Assembly (NCBI GenBank): GCA_963702435.1
Contig: CAVPCR010000001.1
Coordinates: 480,001 to 544,000, forward strand
Source: Candidatus Eiseniibacteriota bacterium
Lineage (GTDB): Bacteria > Eisenbacteria > RBG-16-71-46 > CAVPCR01
Length of the DNA stretch: 64,000 nucleotides
Direction of reading: 5' to 3'
The position numbers and the translations under genes are program-made. This document shows positions 49,294 to 61,216 of the stretch, in pieces. The stretch's first letter is position 1. Every line of letters begins with the position of its first letter. The notes beneath the pieces were generated by a model that was given only the letters and a program-made list of their open reading frames with translations, ran no database searches and had not been told where the DNA came from.

Positions 49294-49327
49294 GGAGGCT
49301 GGCGGCCCCTAGATTTCCGGCGGGCCG

Positions 49328-49909
49328 CTAGATCGCGGGGTGGTGGCCGGCCGCGCGCTCGTCGATGCGGGCCAGCGCATCGAGGAGGAGCGCCTGCGGG
49401 TCGGGCACCGTGATCGACCGTTCGCCGGGAAAGAGGACGCCCGGGGCGAACGCGAAGCGCCCGGCGGGCAGGAGCAGGAGCGCGGCGAGCGTCGAGCGGG
49501 CCTGCGCGGTGAGCGCCCGCTCGAGCGCCGCGGGCGCGAGCGCGCCCGCGGCGACCAGGATGGCGCCGAGCGGCCGCCGGTCGCCGCCGATCTGCGCGGC
49601 GAGCGCCCGCGCGAGCGCGCCGTCCGCGACGGCGCTGCCCGCGGCGAGGAGATGCCCGATCCGCTCCGGGTGCGGCCGCCCGCGCACGCCGACGATCGCT
49701 CCGTCCTCGACCAGGATCACGCCGCGCACGCCGGGAGCGCGCAGGAAGAGGGTACCGGTCGCGCGCGCGAGCGCGAGGAGCTGGCAGACATCGTAGACCC
49801 GGAAAGTGGCAAGGTCTCCGGCCAGGGTCGCCCACCCGCGCGCTGCGTCGCCGCCGGCATCGTGCACCGCCGGCCCGGCAGAGCGCTCCGGTCGCCCGTT
49901 CTCGCTCAT
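49328..49909 (-). CDS. DUF4388 (PatA-N-like) domain protein
   Basis: LAGDLATF.V.DV.QLL...RATG.L, RIG.LL, LGAILV..G, GRFAF, LLLDA...IDE. Confidence 0.82.
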   Translation of the reverse strand: MSENGRPERSAGPAVHDAGGDAARGWATLAGDLATFRVYDVCQLLALARATGTLFLRAPGVRGVILVEDGAIVGVRGRPHPERIGHLLAAGSAVADGALARALAAQIGGDRRPLGAILVAAGALAPAALERALTAQARSTLAALLLLPAGRFAFAPGVLFPGERSITVPDPQALLLDALARIDERAAGHHPAI

Positions 49910-50829
49910 CGGATCCGCCCCACGACGCGCCCCATCGCACGCTCGCGCTCGCTCTGCGGTGCGCGCCGGTTGAGCCAGCCGAGGACGAAGGCCTGCCCGA
50001 TGGTCGCGGCGATGATGAACCCGAGGGCGATCTCGAGCAGCTGCTCGACCTCACCCGCCGGGCTCGCGCCGAGGAGCCCGGCGCCGGCGGCGATCCGGTT
50101 GGCGATCACGAGCAGGATCACGACCGCGGTGAAGAACCCGGTCAGCTTGCCGAAGCGCGTCGGCCGGATGTGCGTTCCGGCGTGCACGAGGTAGAGAACT
50201 GCGGATCCCGCGAGGAGGAGGCCGTAGCGCACGCCGACCGCGACGAGGATCCACGTCGGCAGGATGCCGGCGAGCACGAGCGCGACCACTGCGCTCGAGT
50301 TCCACACGATGTCGACGACCGCGTCCATCACCACTCCGAGCCGCGACACCGGTCCGCGCCGGCGCGCCACGAAGCCGTCCACCACGTCCGAGAACGAGGC
50401 CGCGGCGTAGATCGCGCCGGCCAGCGTGAGCTCCTGTGCCGCGGCCACCACCACGAGCGGCGGCCCGGCCATCCCGCGAAAGAGCGTGAGCGCGTTCGGG
50501 ACGCCGAAGCAGAGGAGCGGGCGCCCGCCGAGATCGGTGAGGAGCCCGAGATGGAAGAGCGCCCAGGCCGCGAAGAAGACGAGGGCGAGCACGCCGGCGA
50601 CGAAGACATGGCGGCCGAGCCCCGGCTGGTCGCCGAGCGCGAGGGCGAGCGCGCAGAGGAGGAGAAGGCCGAACTGGATCGCCCCGTGCGCGGCGAGCGA
50701 GCGCACGGGGGCCGGCCGCGACTCGATCACCTCGCGCACGAGCCGCAGATGACCGTGCACGTAGGCGGCCCAGGCACGCGGGGTGTAGCCCTCGCTCTTG
50801 AGCTCGTCGATCAGCTCGCGTTTGAACAT
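49906..50829 (-). CDS. CDP-alcohol phosphatidyltransferase family protein
   Basis: PNALTLFR, SDVVDGFVARR.G.VS.LG..MD..VD, GK.. Confidence 0.9.
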   Translation of the reverse strand: MFKRELIDELKSEGYTPRAWAAYVHGHLRLVREVIESRPAPVRSLAAHGAIQFGLLLLCALALALGDQPGLGRHVFVAGVLALVFFAAWALFHLGLLTDLGGRPLLCFGVPNALTLFRGMAGPPLVVVAAAQELTLAGAIYAAASFSDVVDGFVARRRGPVSRLGVVMDAVVDIVWNSSAVVALVLAGILPTWILVAVGVRYGLLLAGSAVLYLVHAGTHIRPTRFGKLTGFFTAVVILLVIANRIAAGAGLLGASPAGEVEQLLEIALGFIIAATIGQAFVLGWLNRRAPQSERERAMGRVVGRIR

Positions 50830-51031
50830 CGCACACCAGGCGACCCGCGCGCCGCCGCGGATCGCGGGCGGCGAAAAGTACATCGCGGGACCACATCCAT
50901 CATACCCGATGGGCGCCGCTCGCCGCGATGACAGAACGCTCCCCCCGATGACAGAACGCTCGCCGCGAGGCACCGCGACCCCGTGCCGCGGCGCGCATGG
51001 GGCAAATGGCGCAGCGCCGCCGGGCGCGCTG

Positions 51032-51745
51032 CTACGGCCGGCGCGCCGTCCGCATCGCCTCGCGCGCGATGGTCCACAGGATGATCGACCCCGCGCCGAC
51101 GACGCCGCGCACGGTGCCGGAGATCTTCGAGCGGCCGATCCGCGGGCGATAGCTCACGTCCACCTCGCGCACACGAAGTCGGTGCTGCAAGGCCCGGACC
51201 TGCATCTCGACCGTCCACCCGTAGCCGCGATCGGTCATCGCGAGACGCGCGAGCGCGGCGGCGGTCACGGCACGGAAGGGGCCGAGATCGGTATAGGCGT
51301 GTCCGTAGCGGAGGCGGATGAGCGCGGTCGCCAGCGCATTGCCGAAGCGCGCCTGCGGCGTCAAGGCCCCGGGTGCAGCGCGCGCGACCCGCGATCCGAT
51401 GACCAGCTCGGCCTCGTCCGCGTAGAGCGGATCGAGGAGGAGCGGGAGCTCGGCGGGATCGTCGGCCAGGTCGGCGTCGATCGTGGCGAGCGCGAACGGC
51501 GGGGCGGGACGCGCGAGCGCCACGGCGATCCCGGCGGCGACCGCAGCGCCGTAGCCGCGCTCGGGGACCGCGATGACCGTCGCCCCCGCGGCGCGGGCCA
51601 CCTCCGCCGTCCGATCGGTCGACCCGTTGTCGGCGACGATGATCTCCGCGACGCGGGGATCGACGATCGCGCCGACGACCGTCCCCACCGCCGCCTCCTC
51701 GTCGAGCGCAGGGATGACGACGGTCGTTGTGCGCGCGACCTTCAC
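51032..51745 (-). CDS. Glycosyltransferase family 2
   Basis: [47 protein letters not shown]. Confidence 0.92.
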   Translation of the reverse strand: MKVARTTTVVIPALDEEAAVGTVVGAIVDPRVAEIIVADNGSTDRTAEVARAAGATVIAVPERGYGAAVAAGIAVALARPAPPFALATIDADLADDPAELPLLLDPLYADEAELVIGSRVARAAPGALTPQARFGNALATALIRLRYGHAYTDLGPFRAVTAAALARLAMTDRGYGWTVEMQVRALQHRLRVREVDVSYRPRIGRSKISGTVRGVVGAGSIILWTIAREAMRTARRP

Positions 51746-51870
51746 GAGAGCCACTCCTCGCTCGCGCCGGATGTTCGCTTCAGGAGCCGGGCCGAGCCCC
51801 GCGATGCGCACGCAATGGGGCGGCGCGCCGCGGGCCCGGGGCGCGCCTCGAGCGTCCAGCCGCTGTCCGT

Positions 51871-54697
<2,827 letters not shown>

Positions 54698-54784
54698 ATC
54701 GCCTCGCCTTGCAGCCGCTGAAAGGGTGAACTCTGCACTGAGATTCGCATCACGCTGGCTCCGGCGGCCGGCGGCGCTCCCGCG

Positions 54785-55879
54785 CTAGGGGTGCGCCCCG
54801 TTCCGCTCGAGCCTGAAGACCGGTTGAATGCGTCCGACCACCGTGCCGCGCCAGTTGCGAAGATGCGGCGCGTGGGTGTGCGCGAGCGGGCCCAGCTCCT
54901 CCTCGCTCACCACCGCGAGCTGGCGGAGCACCTCCAGCACGACCGGGCCGATCGCCCGCGCCGATCCGTCCTCGATGCGGACGGCGAATCCGAGGTCGGC
55001 TTGGGGCACCGCCACGCAGAAGAGCCCCTCGGCACCGCCCTTGCCCAGGAGCCGCCCGCCGAGCGTGGACATGAGAGCGGCGTTGAAGCTCCCCGGCTCG
55101 CCGAGCATGTCGGCCCGCACCGCCATCGCCGCGTGGATGCGCGCCGCGGCTCCGCGCCGGTCCTCGCGCGCCAGGCGCGCGAAGCGCCCGAAGGCGGCGG
55201 CGAACGCCGCGAGCGGCGCGTAGAGCGTCGGCGCGCTGCAGCCGTCGATGCCGAAGTGGGCCTCGCGGCGGGCGAGACCCGCGAGCTCCGCCGTGCGCTC
55301 GAGGATCCGCTCCTGGGCCGGATGCGCCGGCTCGAGGTAGTGCGCCGGATCGGCGCCCAGGTGGGCAGCGAGCGCGAGCATCGCCGCGTGCTTCCCCGAG
55401 CAGTTGTTGTAGAGCGGCGAGAAGGGAGAGTCCGGCCCGTGCCCGAGCGGCACGGCCGGCGACGCCGCGCCCGTCTCCCCCGCCGCCGGAGTCACCGCCC
55501 CGTCGTGCCGCATCACGAGCCGGAGGCTCTCCCGGTTCCGCGGCTCCTGGTAACCACAGGCCAGGAGCTCGGGACCGTAGCCCGCGCGCGCGAGGATGTC
55601 GCGGGCCGCCGCCACGTGCTCCGGAGCCCCCGAATGCGACGACGCCGCCGCCGCGAGCTCCCGTTCGCCGAGCGCGAAGCGATCGAAAGCCCCGCTCTCC
55701 ACGGTCGGGAGGAGCTGGATCGGTTTCGCCGAGGAGCGGAAGTAGAACGGACGCGCCGCCGTCCCGACGTGGGCGACGAGCCGGCCCGCGCCGTCGGCCA
55801 CCGCGACCATGCCGCGATGCACCGACTCGAGCACGTCCGAGCGAGCGACGGTGACGAGCACCGGAGCCGTGTCGGTCAT
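54785..55879 (-). CDS. L-asparaginase II (Rhizobium AnsA-like, class 3)
   Basis: ESVH.G, RSSAKP.Q, SHSG..EH, NNCSGKH, DGCSAP, KGGAEG. Confidence 0.9.
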   Translation of the reverse strand: MTDTAPVLVTVARSDVLESVHRGMVAVADGAGRLVAHVGTAARPFYFRSSAKPIQLLPTVESGAFDRFALGERELAAAASSHSGAPEHVAAARDILARAGYGPELLACGYQEPRNRESLRLVMRHDGAVTPAAGETGAASPAVPLGHGPDSPFSPLYNNCSGKHAAMLALAAHLGADPAHYLEPAHPAQERILERTAELAGLARREAHFGIDGCSAPTLYAPLAAFAAAFGRFARLAREDRRGAAARIHAAMAVRADMLGEPGSFNAALMSTLGGRLLGKGGAEGLFCVAVPQADLGFAVRIEDGSARAIGPVVLEVLRQLAVVSEEELGPLAHTHAPHLRNWRGTVVGRIQPVFRLERNGAHP

Positions 55880-55907
55880 TCCCCTCTCGGTTTCTCTCAG
55901 TCTCTTC

Positions 55908-57410
55908 TCAGGTATCGATCTGGGCCCGCTGCAGCTTCCCCGAGTAGTCGACGTACACCGCCTTCCACTCGCTGAACACGTCGAGCACCGTGTGGCTCGC
56001 CTCGCGATGCCCGTTCCCGGTGTCCTTGACCCCGCCGAACGGCAGGTGCACCTCGGCGCCGATGGTCGGCCCGTTCACGTAGGTGATGCCCGCCTCGATG
56101 TCGCGGATGGCGCGCATCGCGGCGTTCACGTCGCGCGTGTAGATGGACGAGGAGAGGCCGTACCGCGTGCCGTTCAGCACCCGGATCGCCTCGTCGAAGC
56201 CGTCCACGACGACGATCGAGAGCACGGGGCCGAAGATCTCCTCCTGCTCGATGCGCATCCCCGGCTTGACGTCGGCGAAGATGGTGGGCTTGTAGAACCA
56301 GCCGCGGGCGAGCTCGCCCTCGGTCGCCGGCTCGCCGCCCAGGAGCATGCGCGCTCCCTCGCGCTTCCCGATCTCGACGTACTCGTGGATGCCCTGGCGC
56401 GCCTCCTCGTTGACCACCGGTCCGACCTGGACCGCCGGATCGAGGCCGTCGCCGAGGCGAAGCCCCTTCGTCCGCTCGACCAGCATCTCGGTCATCTGCT
56501 TGGCGATGGGACGGTCGAGGACGAGCCGGCTCGTCGCCGTGCAGCGCTGGCCCGTGGTGCCGAAGGCGCCCCACAGGACCCCCTCGAGCGCGAGATCGAT
56601 GTCGGCATCGCGCATCACGATCTGCGCGTTCTTGCCGCCGAGCTCGAGCGAGCAGCGCTTGAGCATCTGGCCGCAGCGGCCGCCGATCGCCTGGCCGGCG
56701 GACGAGGACCCGGTGAACGAGATGAGACGGACGCTCGGATGCTCGACGATCGGGGTCCCGACCTCGCGGCCCGACCCGTGCACGATGTTGACGACCCCCG
56801 CCGGCAGGCCGCACTCCTCGAGCACCCGCCCGAGCTCGGCGACCGAGGCCGGCGTGTCGGAGGCCGGCTTGATCACGACCGTGTTGCCGCAGACGAGCGC
56901 GGGGAACATCTTCCAGGTCGGGATGGCGAGCGGGAAGTTCCACGGCGTGATGAGCCCGCACACCCCCACCGGCTGCCGGATGGACATGGCGAGCTTGTTG
57001 GGGAGCTCGGAGGGCGTGGTATCGCCGTAGAGGCGCCGCCCCTCGCCCGCCATGTAGAAGGCGGTGTCGATCCCCTCCTGCACATCGCCGCGCGTCTCGA
57101 CGAGGACCTTCCCCATCTCGCGGGTCATGATCCGCGAGATCTCCTCCTTCCGCTCGGTGAGGCGGAGCCCCACTTTCATGACGAGCTCCGCCCGCCTCGG
57201 CGCGGGCACGAGCCGCCAGCTCGCGAAGGCCTCGGTCGCGGCCTCGACGGCGCGGTTCACATCCTCGGGCCCCGACTGGGGGAAGATGCCGACGACCTCG
57301 TCCTTCCGGGCCGGGTTCCGGTCCTCGAAGGTGCGACCCGACGCGGCGGCGACCCAGCGCCCGCCGATCCAGTTCTTGTACTCCGTGGCCACCATGGTCT
57401 GTGTGCTCAT
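55908..57410 (-). CDS. Aldehyde dehydrogenase family protein
   Basis: ITPWNFP, KPAS.TP, FTGS, LELGGKN, GQRCTA, EEIFGP, PFGG.K.TG. Confidence 0.96.
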   Translation of the reverse strand: MSTQTMVATEYKNWIGGRWVAAASGRTFEDRNPARKDEVVGIFPQSGPEDVNRAVEAATEAFASWRLVPAPRRAELVMKVGLRLTERKEEISRIMTREMGKVLVETRGDVQEGIDTAFYMAGEGRRLYGDTTPSELPNKLAMSIRQPVGVCGLITPWNFPLAIPTWKMFPALVCGNTVVIKPASDTPASVAELGRVLEECGLPAGVVNIVHGSGREVGTPIVEHPSVRLISFTGSSSAGQAIGGRCGQMLKRCSLELGGKNAQIVMRDADIDLALEGVLWGAFGTTGQRCTATSRLVLDRPIAKQMTEMLVERTKGLRLGDGLDPAVQVGPVVNEEARQGIHEYVEIGKREGARMLLGGEPATEGELARGWFYKPTIFADVKPGMRIEQEEIFGPVLSIVVVDGFDEAIRVLNGTRYGLSSSIYTRDVNAAMRAIRDIEAGITYVNGPTIGAEVHLPFGGVKDTGNGHREASHTVLDVFSEWKAVYVDYSGKLQRAQIDT

Positions 57411-57538
57411 GTTCAGGATTCTCCGGCGGGACTGCTCATCCGGGGGGATTCCAGGAAGCGGTAACTACATGTGAATAACAGAGAAAGCTCGTGCGCGCAA
57501 GTACTTTCCCGGCCGCCGCGGGGCCCCGGGGACCGCTC

Positions 57539-58870
57539 TCACGCCCGCTCTCCCCGGCGGCGCGCGCGCGCGAGCCACGCCCCGAGCGCGACCGCTCCGG
57601 CGACGGCCACGACCAGGAGGAGCGGATGGCTCACGAGCGCGTAGCGGCCGCGGATCGCGAAGTTCATGTAGAAGAGGGACTGCCAGAGGAAGACGGCGTA
57701 CAGGATCGCATAACGCTCGCGCACCGCGAACGAGGCGGCGAGACCGATGAGGAAGACGGGCAGCACGGCGCTCATCAGCGCCATGTTCACGACTCCCTGC
57801 TCGGGGTTGTAGCGGTGGATGGCCGGGCTCCCCCACCAGTAGTAGAGGAGCCGCTCCGCCGAGCGCCGAGCGGTGAGCCACGGCTCCGCGCGGGCGAAGG
57901 CAAGGCCCTCCGCGAGCAGGTACCGATCGAAGTCGGCCTCGTTCATGGTGTCGAGCGCGCGGCGGTCGATCACCTTCCAGCGCAGGTCGTCGTAGGCGCA
58001 CAGGATGTTGGTGTGCGGGCGCGCGTAGGCGTTCTGGCCGCCCAGGTAGTTGAAGCCGATGTTGGTGGCGACCGGGATGAAGCGGTGATGGATCGCGGCG
58101 TTCCGGATGGTCCAGGGCAGGACGACGAGGAGGGCGACCAGGAGCGCCACCGCGGCGAGGCCGATCGCCCGCGTCCAGCGCGCCCCCATGGCGCGGAAGG
58201 CGGCCGGGACGAAGAGGAGCGAGCCGAGGAAAGCGGGGAGCGCGTAGGCGAGGAGCCCATAGCCGACGCCCGCCCGCGCCGCGTCGGCGAAGCGCCGGCT
58301 CCGGCCCGCCGTGAACAGGAGGAGCGCGATCCAGGGCACGAGGAGCGCCTCGAAGGTGACCGAGTAGGCCGCCGCCGAGTAGACGACGAGCGGCGGCCAC
58401 AGGGCGACGGCGTAGCCGGCGGCCAGCGCCATATTCTGCGGTTTAACGTTACTTATTGTGGGAAAGCCGGCGGCTGCTCCGCGCTCCGGACCGGCCCCGA
58501 AGACGCAGGCTGCGAGCCGGCGGGTGACGACCGCGGTCGCCGCCGACACGACGGCCTGCCCGACCTGCATCGCCGGCACCCAGCCGCTCGCGCCGAAGAG
58601 GAGCTTCAGGAGGGCGATGAACGCCGGATAGAACGGCGGGAAGAACGAGGTGCGCGGCACGGTCGAGCCGTAGAACTCCCAGACGAAGCCGCGCCCGGCG
58701 AGGAGATTGTCGGCGAGGGTGCCGAGCTCGAGCCCGGTCACCGTGACATGCCGGCGCGAGTAGAGGAAGGTGAGTCCGAGCCGGACGGCGAGCGCAAGCA
58801 GGAAGAGCCCGCGATCGCTCGCCAGGAACCGCCGGAGCCGGGCCGCGAAGCTCCGCTCAGGGGCCGCCAT
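57539..58870 (-). CDS. GT-C (ArnT/PMT-like) membrane protein
   Basis: RBS GAGGAGG plus ATG 58870; A.NLLAGRGF, PP.YP.F.A, PW.IRN...H..FIP..TN.G.N...G.N, RY; many TMs. Confidence 0.8.
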   Translation of the reverse strand: MAAPERSFAARLRRFLASDRGLFLLALAVRLGLTFLYSRRHVTVTGLELGTLADNLLAGRGFVWEFYGSTVPRTSFFPPFYPAFIALLKLLFGASGWVPAMQVGQAVVSAATAVVTRRLAACVFGAGPERGAAAGFPTISNVKPQNMALAAGYAVALWPPLVVYSAAAYSVTFEALLVPWIALLLFTAGRSRRFADAARAGVGYGLLAYALPAFLGSLLFVPAAFRAMGARWTRAIGLAAVALLVALLVVLPWTIRNAAIHHRFIPVATNIGFNYLGGQNAYARPHTNILCAYDDLRWKVIDRRALDTMNEADFDRYLLAEGLAFARAEPWLTARRSAERLLYYWWGSPAIHRYNPEQGVVNMALMSAVLPVFLIGLAASFAVRERYAILYAVFLWQSLFYMNFAIRGRYALVSHPLLLVVAVAGAVALGAWLARARRRGERA

Positions 58871-60509
58871 CGTCACCTCCTCGTGCGCCATCGGGCGGCT
58901 CATCATGGCGCGCCGGCGGCGCGGCCGCGGGCGCCGCGGCGGGGCCCGGCGCGGGCCCGCCCGCCGTCTTCTCGATGGCATAGGCGGCGAAGCGGCGATT
59001 GGTCGCGATCGACTCCTTCCTCATCCGGAAGCGGGGATCGAACTTGAAGTCGCGGAGCTCCATCCCTTCCGGCGGCCGGATCGAGTAGTGCGAGTCCCAG
59101 ATGACCATGGTCCCGGGCGGCGCGGCCTCGATGGCGCTCCGCTTGACGAGCGGCACGCCGCCCACCGGGAGACGCCCGGCCGCGGAGAGCTCGCGGAGGA
59201 ACCAGGGATGGCTCGCGATGACCGGCGCCGCGGCGCGATCCGACGCGGCGAACCAGGACCACAGGGCGAGCACCGCTTCCTGCTCCGGATCCGGCCGGAG
59301 CGGCGGCTCGGCGATCACCGCATGGACCAGAGCGAGCGCGACGAGGACAGAGGCGCCGAGCGCGGCGCGGGCAGCGGGACGCGCCGCCCGCCGGCCGCGG
59401 GGAGCGCGACTCGCCCACACGACCACGGCCAGGACGAGGAGCGCGACCGTGATCCGGATCAGCTCGAACGGCCCCTCTACGCGATGGTGCTTGACGAGGG
59501 CGCGCGACAGGAACACGGCGATCACCACCGCCCCCGCCGCGAGGACGACGCGGGCCGATCGCGCGGCCTCCCCGCCGCGGAGCGCCGCGGTCAGGCCGCG
59601 GCCCGCGGCGAGCGCGAAGACCGGCGCCGGCGCCACCAGATGGCGGAGAAAGCCGGCCGCATGTCCCACCGAGAGCTTCCAGGAGAGAAGCACGTACAGG
59701 AGGACGACGAACCCGGGCAGGACGGTGAGGAGATCGCGCCGCCGCGCGGCCACGGAAGCACCGAGATCGACGAGCAGGAAGAGGAAGACGACCGGCCCGA
59801 CCACGAAGACGAGCCCGCGCAGGTAGTGCCAGAAGCTGGTATGCCCGTAGAGATTCTCCTCGCCGGTGAAGACCTGCCCAAGGAACCACATCGGCTCGCC
59901 GTACACGACCGCCCCCGCGAGCGCCCACAGGAGGATTCCGGCGCCGGCGAGGAGGGCGCGCCAGCGCCCGGACCCGGGAGTGCGGAGCAGGTAGACGAGC
60001 GCACAGATCCCGACCACCACGGCGAGCTCGAGCCGCGCGAGGGGCACGAGCCCGGCGAGGAGGAGGGCGCTGGTCGGCCGCCCTGCGAACCATGCCCAGA
60101 GCGCGAGCGCGACCACGAGCGCGGCGAGCGGCTCGGTGAGGCTCGAGTACGAGAGCAGGATGACGAAGGGCATGGTGCCGAAGAGCCCGCCGGCGAGCGG
60201 CGCGGAGAGGCCGGCCCTCTTCCCGGCGAATCCGGTCGCGATCACGCCGAGCGCAGTCAGGACCGCGGTCATGATCCGGACCGCGCCGAAGCCGAGCTGG
60301 GCCGGGAGCGCGTAGACGAGCGTGAAGAGCGGGCGGCCCCACAGGTTCAGGAAGAGCTCGGGGCGCGCCGGGGCGTCGCGCGCGATCAGGTAGTGCCCGA
60401 TATCGTCGTCGTTGTAGACGCCGCGGGCGAGGAGCCCCTCGCCGACGTAGAGGGCGAAGAGCCCGCAGGCGAGGGCGAGGAGGAGCGTGCGTTCGCGGCG
60501 GGCCGTCAT
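58857..60509 (-). CDS. GT-C-like polytopic membrane protein
   Basis: TGATG-coupled to the GT2 gene; DD..HY..AR, WGRP.FT, LTEPL, ARLE; many TMs. Confidence 0.78.
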   Translation of the reverse strand: MTARRERTLLLALACGLFALYVGEGLLARGVYNDDDIGHYLIARDAPARPELFLNLWGRPLFTLVYALPAQLGFGAVRIMTAVLTALGVIATGFAGKRAGLSAPLAGGLFGTMPFVILLSYSSLTEPLAALVVALALWAWFAGRPTSALLLAGLVPLARLELAVVVGICALVYLLRTPGSGRWRALLAGAGILLWALAGAVVYGEPMWFLGQVFTGEENLYGHTSFWHYLRGLVFVVGPVVFLFLLVDLGASVAARRRDLLTVLPGFVVLLYVLLSWKLSVGHAAGFLRHLVAPAPVFALAAGRGLTAALRGGEAARSARVVLAAGAVVIAVFLSRALVKHHRVEGPFELIRITVALLVLAVVVWASRAPRGRRAARPAARAALGASVLVALALVHAVIAEPPLRPDPEQEAVLALWSWFAASDRAAAPVIASHPWFLRELSAAGRLPVGGVPLVKRSAIEAAPPGTMVIWDSHYSIRPPEGMELRDFKFDPRFRMRKESIATNRRFAAYAIEKTAGGPAPGPAAAPAAAPPARHDEPPDGARGGDDGGP

Positions 60510-61204
60510 CAGTCGACGAACCTGTACTTGAGGAGCGTCCACAGCGCCTGGGCACCGTCGCGCCAGCCGATCTTCTTCCCCTCCGCCTTGGTCCGTGCCG
60601 CGTAGCGGACGGCCACCTCCCGGATCTCGACGCCGCGCTTGGCGAGCTTGGCCGTGATCTCGGGCTCGATGTCGAACCCGTCGGCCTTGAGCCGCGCCGC
60701 GCGCAGGAGATCGGTGCGGACGAGCTTGTAGCAGGTCTCCATGTCGGTGAGGCGGAGGCCGTAGAGGAGCCGGGTGACGCCGGTCAGGAAGCGATTGGCG
60801 GCTGCCGTGACCCGGGTCATCCGCGGTGCGGCACCGGCGAGGAAGCGGGAGCCGTACACGCACTCGGCTCCCGCCGCCACCGGAGCGAGCAGGACCGCGT
60901 AGTCGGCCGGATCGTACTCGAGATCGGCATCCTGGATCAGCACGTAGTCGCCGCCGGCCGCGACGAGCCCGGTGCGCACCGCCGCGCCCTTGCCGCGGTT
61001 CGAGGGGTGGAGGATCACCCGGAGATCCGCGCCGACCTCCCCGACCAGGAGCTCGCGCGTGCCGTCGGTCGACCCGTCGTCGACGAGCACGATCTCGCGC
61101 TCCACCCCGGGCAATTCGACCGAGCGGATGCGGGCGAGCACGGCGGCGATGGTCGCCCGCTCGTTGTAGACCGGCACGATGATCGAGAGCTTCAGGTCGG
61201 CCAC
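60509..61204 (-). CDS. Glycosyltransferase family 2 (polyprenol-phosphate mannosyltransferase-like)
   Basis: LSIIVPVYNE, VDDGSTDGT, N.GKGAA, IQDADLEYDP.D, TDMETCYK, EPEITAK, GKKI.W.DG. Confidence 0.94.
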   Translation of the reverse strand: MADLKLSIIVPVYNERATIAAVLARIRSVELPGVEREIVLVDDGSTDGTRELLVGEVGADLRVILHPSNRGKGAAVRTGLVAAGGDYVLIQDADLEYDPADYAVLLAPVAAGAECVYGSRFLAGAAPRMTRVTAAANRFLTGVTRLLYGLRLTDMETCYKLVRTDLLRAARLKADGFDIEPEITAKLAKRGVEIREVAVRYAARTKAEGKKIGWRDGAQALWTLLKYRFVD

Positions 61205-61216
61205 GATCGCGCCCCT

